64,000 nucleotides of DNA. Source: Zygnema circumcarinatum SAG 698-1b (taxonomy: Eukaryota > Plantae > Zygnematophyceae). Each line of letters starts with the position of its first letter. The stretch's first letter is position 1. The notes beneath the pieces were generated by a model that saw nothing but the letters and a program-made list of their open reading frames with translations, was not told the origin of the DNA and ran no database searches. Positions 25,801 to 33,792 of this stretch are shown here, one piece after another. Both the position numbers and the translations under genes were made by a program. The stretch lies in NCBI GenBank assembly GCA_037447605.1, contig CM074819.1, positions 2,088,844-2,152,843 of the forward strand, given 5' to 3'.

Positions 25801-26766
25801 ATCTTCAATGAATTGCTCAATCACACAAAGCACACTAAATGCAAGAGAACAACTCAGCGGAAATATGAAAATGTAAGGAGAAAGCCACCAGCCTAAAACT
25901 CCTTAAGATAAAGATGAAATACAACTTGACAACACTAGAGCCAAGCTTCAAGCACCTCTTCTCAAGCTACGTGAATAAACCACCCACTACAAGCTGAACT
26001 CTTCCCACTATCTCCTTGGCCCTAAGCAAGATAGCCTCACTCCCAATGTGAGTCACGAGAAGGTTAACTTCTACCAAACAATCTAAGCCTTAAATACAAT
26101 ATGGCGCCATTAGTGACATTGTCACGTCACGGCCGCACATGCTACGCCTTGCAAGACCCTTATCCCGATCCTAATCTCGCGCCGTTGGATCCTCGTAGGC
26201 TTGCACGGATCCAGCACATCATTGCCGTCAGATCCGCCTCAGCCTTATCTCCATCCGAGTCCTCCACCGTAGGATCTGACTCCTCATTACTTGGCGTCAT
26301 GTGGGACCCCGTAAGCCTACGAGCGCCACCGACCTAGGCCGTACAGGCCTTCCCTTTAACCCGACACGTGGCGCCTTCCGATTCGCCACTGTCCTCCAGA
26401 TGAGACATTGCTGACTCCGTACCTCGTCAGTTCTGCTCCGCGCGCTGATTCGCGCCTTGTCACTTCTCGATTTGTCGCGTCGCGCCACGTCACATCTGAC
26501 TCCGCCACGCCGCGCCGCGCCACCGACCAATGTCCGTACACCCATGGTCTTGGCCTTCCAAATCGTACCACTGATTGGCTCCACCGACATTCTGATGCCT
26601 TGCCTTGCCAAATCAGACTCGCGCGCTATACGCACACCCCTTAAAGACTTGTACGGTCGCCTAGACGCCCCTCCGTACAATGTGGACACTTTTGAGCACA
26701 CCCCTCCTTAGAACTTAGTACCAACAACTTAGTGTACAACAAGTCCTTAACTACTTTACACTAACA
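22809..26766 (-). mobile_element. Non-autonomous copia derivative (element 3), Gag-protease only, TR-GAG-like
   Basis: LTRs 22809-23839 and 25737-26766 are near-identical. TSD AATTT at 22804-22808 and 26767-26771, PBS 25723-25734, PPT 23840-23850. The internal region is only about 1.9 kb. Confidence 0.96.
24123..25802 (-). CDS. Gag (CCHC knuckle) plus aspartic protease and a diverged pre-integrase tail
   Basis: Uninterrupted ORF with IPTFDGKNYKRW, CYSCGKTGHFKRNC, WVIDSGASRHM, VLHTPGLQINFLSVSQL. There is no integrase core, RT or RNase H core. Confidence 0.9.
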   Translation of the reverse strand: MSSSTQGRGEVAAPPREGAASTSGIRAEGEEDVKFTIPTFDGKNYKRWKFRMLTVLENKRLLGYVNGSIVAPDSEINPLEFEKWRVKDCKVRTLLCAGVSEEPTDLISEFKTAREMWDTLEKIYDVVDNATVVYLYTELGKLSLDSGEELKDYVIKFDNLMQKFDGLKQPLHLDHKISLFLGGLPDRFDPACTALRTQLSTTKMTFEQVKRRVVEEDGLQDKKQYRSSSEKLYAATTRPYRNGKGPNAAKDGGELKTQRTCYSCGKTGHFKRNCPNVQNGGSSSNADAPNEQEGRRGDGRYPRDERKRIHETNLMFSDWEPNDEFVGCVRVENSAKPWVIDSGASRHMCVDDSLFAEKETLEGTRSVYSATGDGVSVTQGGTVKLEVLGEGSTQRVVRVGNVLHTPGLQINFLSVSQLCEKDYGVWFEKGSCEVIHKETGQVLCKGIQQGGLYFLEWKEAQGLSYPAKDPVEEPIHHKIDPDQLGGGKGMLEQALRLRGAEDYFANDISDSQAKGVERPITERVDISGGENVCEFQDHSKLVSFRRPMLGTGSFKQRGS

Positions 26767-27147
26767 AATTTGATGGCCTCGCCATCGCGAGTTCAATGAA
26801 AGTTTGCGTTACCTTTTATTATATACGCGATCGATACATACGGACCTACAGATAGGGCACATAACGTAGCGTGTTCCAGAAAAAATCTGTCAGTTTTAGT
26901 TCCCGCCATAATATTTTCCGACTGCCGTCCGCGGACTCCACTTTTGTCGCGTCTCGTTTCGTCACGTCACGGTCCCAAACAACCTTTTCACGTCAGATGT
27001 TGCCGCGACCAATCATGTCGCTCCACGTGTTGCGCCCTTATACCTTGTAGACGCGCACGCTTCGTACATTCAAATCACCATCCGTACATCCGATGAAAAA
27101 AGGTCTGTATCTATTCTGAAAAGTATGAAACAGCATTTTTCGCATTT

Positions 27148-27550
27148 AGGGGGGGTCAGACCTTGACCATCGCCGGCGGAATTGAAAGATTTCGCCGGCG
27201 AAAAGGTATTGATTTCGATTGCAGAATTCGGCTCGGAAACCGCGGCTCCCTCCGAACCTGTCTGTCCCGTCCGTACTTCGAAATAGGTTACAAAAATGAG
27301 ATACAGGCTCGGCGCCCGAGCCTGTCGAACGGCCACTTTTGGCGGAAAAGGCCTGCCGTACNNNNNNNNNNATTTCGGCGGATTTCGGAAATTTGGGGGC
27401 ATTTTTGTAACCTATTCCGTAGTACGGACGGGACATGACAGGTTCGGGGGAGCCGCGGCTTCCGAGCCGAAACCTGGAAACGAAATCAATACCTTTCCGT
27501 ATAGGGAATCTTTGAATTTCGTAAGCGATGGTCAAGGTCTGACCCCCCCT
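27148..27550. mobile_element. AGGGGG-TIR MITE (gapped)
   Basis: TIRs AGGGGGGGTCAGACCTTGACCATCGC and GCGATGGTCAAGGTCTGACCCCCCCT, with an internal N gap. Confidence 0.88.
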
Positions 27551-27747
27551 TTACCTGCCAAACTTGGACTTTCTTGAAGCTACAGACTGGATGAATAGAA
27601 GGATGTGTGATTGAACTCACGATGACAAGGCAAGGTGTATAGTACGGAAAACTAGATTTGAGCCTTCCCTATTTATGGCGGCGGCCCATGCCCTCGTGAT
27701 GGCAGGGAGAGAGGGAGGGAAGGAAGGTAGGCGAAGGGGCGGCAGCC

Positions 27748-30265
27748 ATGGCCATGGCTTTCGCGAGCGCGCTCCTCCTCTGTGCTGCGCTTGGGGGTGC
27801 GGCTGCTTTCTTCGAACGTACGGATCTCGCCCGCCCTCTCTCGCACGTGCCGCAGTGCATGGCTGCCGCCTTACTGCCTTCCTGCAACGACTGCGAATGC
27901 AGAAGAAGGGTCTCAAGGTCACAGTTTTGGGCTGGCAGATGTGGTAGAGATTGCTGTGTGGCTGTTGCTTCTGCCGAGTTCGTAGTGAAGTGATGGAGGC
28001 AAGGGAGGTCGCAAGGCTGGACGGAGTGTGCAATGGGAGTTCGGAGTGCTCGTAGAAGTGGTGTTGTCAGTCCTTCTAGCATAGTAAATACAGTGTGAGC
28101 GATAGTCTCTTGGATCAATGTACTTTGTACTTCCCTCTCTCTCCCCCTCCCGCCCTTTCCCTTCCTTTCTCTTGTCTCCATCTGAAACCTCTACAGAACT
28201 GTGCTTCTAAAACAACACTGCTGTGCTGTTTTTTCTCCTCGACCGTTTCCTTTCCGACTGCTTAACCAATCGTCATTCGGTTTTTTGCGAATGATTCCAA
28301 GTTGGAATGTCTCACAGAAAGCTCTTCCCAAGTGGATTAGTTCCATTCAGTACTCTCCCTTCTTCCAGCTACGAAACAGATGCATTGCTCTTCGTGCTTT
28401 ACGGTCGAATGGGTTGCTGTTTGTCATTTACTCGTGCCAGCACTGTAGATTGTTATGATCACTTAACGAGGAACATCTCATCTTTTAAATGTAGTCCTTT
28501 ATTTAAACTGTTGCCAATTTTTGTCGTTTGCAGCATACAAGGTGCCCCCGTCCCCTCCAGCTCCTCGCCGTAAGGGAACTGTTCCCTTCTCAGTCGTCAT
28601 GTCATCGGCTTATTGTCTAATTTCGTTTCAAAACGTACTCTTTCTATTCTCTGCTACTTTCCAATCGATCAAAAAATATTCTATTCTGAGCAGTGAAAAC
28701 CTCAAACATCTTCGAGTAGGGGCTTGCATAGATGATTGTTTTCTTACATTATGTATGTAATTTTTGTTGCAGCTCCTCCGCCTTCACCACCTTCTCCACC
28801 ACCTTCACCGCCTCCACAATCTCCACCTCCCCGGCCGCCTTCTCCACCCCCAACTCCGCGTAAGTTTACTCGGTTTCTTCTCCCTTTCTCTGCATATGGT
28901 TGGCTGTTTTCCAAGGCTTCCAATTGCAACATGAACGTGAGAACCATCAATTTCCTTACTGTGGGCCAAAAACATTTTACAGCACCAAAGCTTTTAGTTT
29001 TTGTGGATTAAGCAAGTTTGACGGTACACATGTGCCTTAACCAATTACGTGCCAGCTCATGATGAAACTCAGAAGGGATGTCTAAAGTGCTGACCATGCT
29101 TGTCAACGTGCCTATATGTTTCAAGCTGTTCATGCTTGCGTTATTTGCACGCTTTGAATATTCCACATTCGCAACTCTTGATATTCCGCCACTTTGTGAT
29201 GCAGCTCTCACCACCCCGGCAGCCTTCTCCTACTCAAGTTTTGACTTCGGTACTCTACTCATTCTGCAAGGCAGTGCAACAATTTCGCCTTTTGGAACCG
29301 TGACTTTTACGGATGCTGAAAACGAGCAAGCGGGGGTTGCACTTTATCGGTCTCCCGTCACGTTGACGCGAAAAGCGAGTGGAGGTTGCCAAGCAGCCTC
29401 TTTTGAGACTATATTTTCGTTCATGATCGAACATCCACCTTGGGATAGTACATGTAATGGGGAAGGTTTCACATTCGTCATCGTTCCCTCCAATGCGGAT
29501 TTGGCGAGCTTTGGAACAGGCAGTGGTGACACCCTTGCGTTTACCTACACAGCTTCCCCGAAAGTGGGCTCAATTGCCATAGAATTTGACACATACCCAA
29601 ATGAAGAGTTAAATGATCCTCCGGGGGAACATGTTGGCATACTCATGGACTTCAACGCCACGACCATTACATCTCACCTGACTTCATTGGTGTCCATCCC
29701 TACCAGATTCGACGATTACGACGGTATCCATTACATATACAATACAAAAGTCGCTTGGGTGGAATACAACAGCCAAAACAGCCTCTGGTCTATCTTTGTG
29801 AGCGATGATTATTCAACAAAGCCTGCGGCTCCTCTCTTGACCTACACCAAGTCATTGTGCTCAATTCTTCGACCGTCCAATTGCAGCACGTGTGCGAACG
29901 TCGACTCGGCATTCATTGGCTTCACTGCCGCTACAGGGTCCTGCCACAACTGGCAAGGGATTGACTTCTGGAAGTTTGCGAGCTCGTGGCCCGGTAAGTT
30001 ACTCTATCAAGAAACTCACACGTGTGACTGGGATCTCAAGCTCACGGGATTAAGGCTATGGCGGACAGACTTGAAACGTGCTCTGCTTGAATGTTTGAAA
30101 ATTTCTGAATCCGTCCGACAGCCTTGAAATGTAATCACAACACAGACTAAGAAATGGTGCCCGTCAACCTGGTTCAAAGCTTCCTTCGAACACACCAGCA
30201 TATCATTTTTCGAAAAATCTCAATTTCAATCGTTTCTTGTTTGCTTTCGATGTTGCGATAGTACA

Positions 30266-30314
<49 letters not shown>

Positions 30315-30688
30315 CTTACTCGTCCTTTAGAACTGTGCCATTGCCAACTCATTCTGTAGTAGTGTTCTGATACTCTACTTTGCGGTCGTGCAGCGGCTCC
30401 GCCTCCCCCTCCTCCCCGCCGCCCTCCTCCCCGCCGGCCCCCTCCTTCTCGGCGCCCTCCTCCCCGCCGCCCTCCCTCCCTCCCCCTCCCTCCCTCCCTC
30501 CCTCCCTCCCCCCCCCTCCCTCCCTCCCTCCCTCCCCCCTCCCTCCCTCCCTCCCTCCCCCCCCCTCCCCTCCCCGCCGCCCTCCTCCCCGCCGCCCCCC
30601 TCCTTCCAAGCGCCCTCCGCCTCGCCGCCCTCCCCCTGCACGGCCGCCTCCGCGCCGCCCGAACCCTCCGCCTGCGAGAGCTCCTTAG
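27748..30688 (+). CDS. Secreted L-type lectin with Pro-rich linker and (RRPPP)n tail, copy 2; exons 27748-27817, 28773-28859, 29205-29993, 30394-30688
   Basis: Same structure and phase-1 introns as copy 1, with EFDTYPNEELNDPPGEHVGI and AFIGFTAATG. The tail ends RRPPPSKRPPPRRPPPARPPPRRPNPPPARAP*. There is a frame slip in the low-complexity middle of the last exon. Confidence 0.85.
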
Positions 30689-31267
30689 ACCAACCAATGG
30701 ACCAATGGATGGATGGCTCAGATTGGTTGGTTGGTTGGCCCGTTCGTTTGGTTGGTTGGCTTGTTAGTTGGTTGGTTGTCTTGGGAGTACATTTTGGGCC
30801 ATTATGGGGAGGATTTAGGCATCTTTTTTTTAACTTTGGGTCTCTAAATCATATGACCACAACAGTGCTATTTGATTGCAACAGGTTTTCATGATGGTGG
30901 GCGGCCAAATATAAAACGTTGAAGCTGGGGAGGTGGCTCTGGGCGGAGAGATTGAACCGCTCGTGTGTCATTCAAAATTATTATGTGTTTGCATGGTGGG
31001 TTTGTGTTCAATGATGACGTTTGCTAAATCCTCCTCACGTGAAACGGCAGCTGAGCTGAAGGGAGAAGAGGGAGNNNNNNNNNNAGGGGAGAGGGGAGGG
31101 AGGGGAGGGAGGTGGAGGGGAGGGAGGGGAGGGAGGTGGAGGGGAGGGAGGGGAGGGAGGGGATGGAGGGGAGGGAGGGAAGGCAGGGTTGAAAATAATG
31201 ATCCTCATCCTTTTTTTTAAAGAACAAACGAAAGGAGCCGTGATACTCTCGTCAACTTGTACACACA

Positions 31268-31469
31268 AGGGGGGGTCAGTTTTAACACATGGCCAAATCA
31301 ATTTAGTAAGCCTGTCGGGCGAATTAAGCATCAGTTAGGTACGCATTTCGGTACAGCTGGGTACGGCGGAGCTGCAAATTCCAGCCCGGAATTCGTACAC
31401 GAAACTTTTGATTTTTCGTATACTAAATTCGGGAATTTAGTACGCTCCGGGCTAAGTCTTACTCCCCCT
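31268..31469. mobile_element. Older AGGGGG-TIR MITE (paralog of 16851-17022)
   Basis: AGGGGGGGTCAG...AAGTCTTACTCCCCCT, with the same interior as the other copies. Confidence 0.7.
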
Positions 31470-31926
31470 GCTATATAGCATGCATCCACTCTACGCCGCT
31501 GACCTTTACAATGTGGAAATGGTTGAGGCTGGTTGTCAAGTCCCCACCCTTTCCAACCAGTGGCAGATGTACGGATTTCTCTGTGAGAGAGTAACCTCTC
31601 CAGATTTTGAATTGCTGTTAGGCACTGAACGCCTTTCAGGTCCTTTGCGCCCAGTTCCTCGTGGTTTCCCATGATGCTGATTTTGTTTATGGACATATTG
31701 ATGGCATCATCGCCATCGTGAGTTCAATGCCACATTCTCCCTCTTTGATGATGGCATTAAGGCGTGTCGAGTTTTTAGTAGTGCTAGAAAGGAGGTCAGT
31801 AAGTACTAAAATTCATGGTGTTCCCGAACCTCGACCGAACCGAAGTCAACTGTGCGAAGTCAACGGGTCAATGTTGTGGAGATTGACCCGCGCGGTTTAC
31901 TAAAAAGGGCACTTTTTCGCATGATT

Positions 31927-32128
31927 AGGGGGAGTCAGACCTTGACCATCGCCAATTTAATTTCGTAAGCCTGTCGGGCGAATTAAGCATTAGCTAGGTA
32001 CGCATTTCGGTACGGCTGTGTTTGGCGGAGCCGCGGATCCCGACCCGGAATTAGAACGCGGAAGAAGTGACTTTTAGAATAAGGAATTCGGGACTTTCGT
32101 AAGGGATGGTCAAGGTCTGACTCCTCCT
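31927..32128. mobile_element. AGGGGG-TIR MITE, 202 bp, TSD ATT
   Basis: ATT flanks at 31924-31926 and 32129-32131. The paralogous empty site GCATG-ATT-TTG is at 17437-17447. Confidence 0.93.
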
Positions 32129-33334
32129 ATTTTGTTCGCACCCAAATGAGGCGCCGACGAGGAAAAGGGCCTGTCGTCGTTGGATTTTTTCTGCGCACGT
32201 GGCGAGCCGTGATTGCTTGGCCAATGTCGAAAACTTTAAATCGACCGGACCGCGAACAGAGGACGGCTCTCGCTTCGAGTTTGTCGCGACGCGGCGCCGC
32301 TTTGGCCGCGCGCGGGCCATGACGTGACGTGACGCACCGAAGCGGTGATAAACGGAGAGCGGACAGGACCGACCGCGCAATTTAGGTGATTTGGGAGCAA
32401 TAATGAATCTCGACCGTTGGATTTGTGCCTCTACATCTCACTCACATCTCATATCACTGCGGTCATCTCTGTAAAAACGCACGGTGAAACAAGCGAACGC
32501 AGTGAGCGCCGCGCTCACTGCGTTCGCTTGTTCACCGTGACCCTCGGGAACAGGCGAGCAAAGCGAGCGCAGTGAAACAAGCGCCGTTCGCTCGCGCGGC
32601 GCTCACTGCGTTCGCCTGTGACTTCGTCACCCTACGGTCGCTTGTTCCCTTCGCTCACGGTGAAACAAGCGAACGCAGTGAGCGCCGCGCGAGCGAAAAA
32701 CTCAGATGCCATATCGACCGTCGATTGGGATTCCGTACTACGGCGTGTCAGTCCTAGAGATCGTCAGCGGTACGTATCCGTAGTGGACTGCAACGCATGA
32801 GGATTTTTTTGTCCTTATATCGACGGTTCTGGCGGTTCCCCAAAATCTCGGATCATCGTCGATTCCTGCACTTGACGAGCTCTCCAAGCGCCAGGTAGCG
32901 CTTTGCAACTTTTGTTTTACTAACGACAAATTGAGCATTAGCCGTCGAAATTTGAGCCTTTGGAATGTGTTTCGGGCGGCAGCCACCTCGCGACAAACGT
33001 ATTGAATGCGTGCGTCTGGCTCCGAGGCCGCTTAGCGGATCCAAATCGCCGATTTCCACATCCCAGCGGGTGTCTAATTTGTCGTGTAGTTAAAATTATC
33101 TCGTATAAGGAAGAATCTGGATTCTGCATATATTTTATGGATTCGATTCTTAGTTCGCTCCCTAGAGATTTGGACACATCCAGATTTTATTGAGATCTGA
33201 ACGCGACCAAGATTTTGAGATAGGGACATGCCCTAGATTTTTTTGGAAACGATTGTGGGCGGTGTAATCTTCGGAAATACGGGTGGTTCTCCAAAAGTAA
33301 TGGCACTTCGCGCTTTCGAGATGGGCCGTACAGT

Positions 33335-33493
33335 AGGGGGTGTCAGACTTAAAAAATTTCAGTACGCGTGTTCGTAAGTTTGACATCAGAACGAGTACTC
33401 CAGTATAATCGCGATCCTGCTGCGGCGGAGTACTTTCGTAACCTTTGTTTTCGTAACGCTTTTCGTAAGATTTTGTTAAGTCTGACACCCCCT
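33335..33493. mobile_element. AGGGGG-TIR MITE subfamily, 159 bp, TSD AGT
   Basis: AGGGGGTGTCAGACTTAA and TTAAGTCTGACACCCCCT ends, with AGT on both sides. Confidence 0.92.
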
Positions 33494-33629
33494 AGTAGTG
33501 GCAAAATCGCGATTTGGAAGATGTTGCTAAGCGGAGACTCGGCCGCATGAGCCAAAGACTAACCAGCCAGCGCGGCGACTTAGGTACTGGAGATAAATTT
33601 CTGGGAAAACAACGAGACGATTTACAAAA

Positions 33630-33701
33630 TGTCGGTGCTGGGATTCGAGCCCAGGTCTCCACGGCCACAACGTGGAATTCTAACCACTAAACTACACCGA
33701 C
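33630..33701 (-). tRNA. tRNA-His (GTG), intronless
   Basis: GTCGGTGTAGTTTAGTGGTTAGAATTCCACGTTGTGGCCGTGGAGACCTGGGCTCGAATCCCAGCACCGACA forms a full cloverleaf with anticodon GTG and A/B boxes, followed by a TTTT terminator. It is nearly identical to plant cytosolic tRNA-His. G-1 is not encoded. Confidence 0.98.
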
Positions 33702-33792
33702 TGCACATTACGGGATGGTCTGTATATTTTATTTTTCAAAACAAAGTACCTCAATTACACCGTCACTTTCCCGTTGGAGTCCCCCTCAGCGC

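Larger units (their letters stand above)
17771..26816 (+). mobile_element. Degenerate CRE-like non-LTR retrotransposon (zinc finger-RT-RLE), interrupted by a solo LTR and by copia element 3
   Basis: ORF from 18730: CDHCGNCF..LSRHMRAC finger; RT motifs SAGGPSG, GGVRPIAVGE, QFGV..GGCE, VDVTNAFN, GTRQGDPL, and frameshifted (V)ADDTH at about 20320. Then CCHC CVCG..H...C..GE...HN and RLE RPDL..D..K after the solo LTR. Boundaries are tentative (candidate TSD TATTATATAC at 17761-17770 and 26817-26826). Confidence 0.88.
27662..32952 (+). repeat. Second copy of a direct segmental duplication (first copy 13870-17731)
   Basis: Colinear similarity runs from GCCTTCC.TATTTATGGCGGCGGCC to TTGAGCAT.AGCCGTCGAAAT. 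It covers the lectin gene, the (GA)n and (TTGG)n tracts and downstream TE fragments, with several indels. Confidence 0.93.

Noticed and set aside
27818-27993. Cys-rich extension of lectin exon 1 (CMAAALLPSCNDCEC)
   Set aside because: It is deleted in copy 1, and both copies share a phase-1 GTACGG donor right after the signal peptide, so it is more likely intronic.
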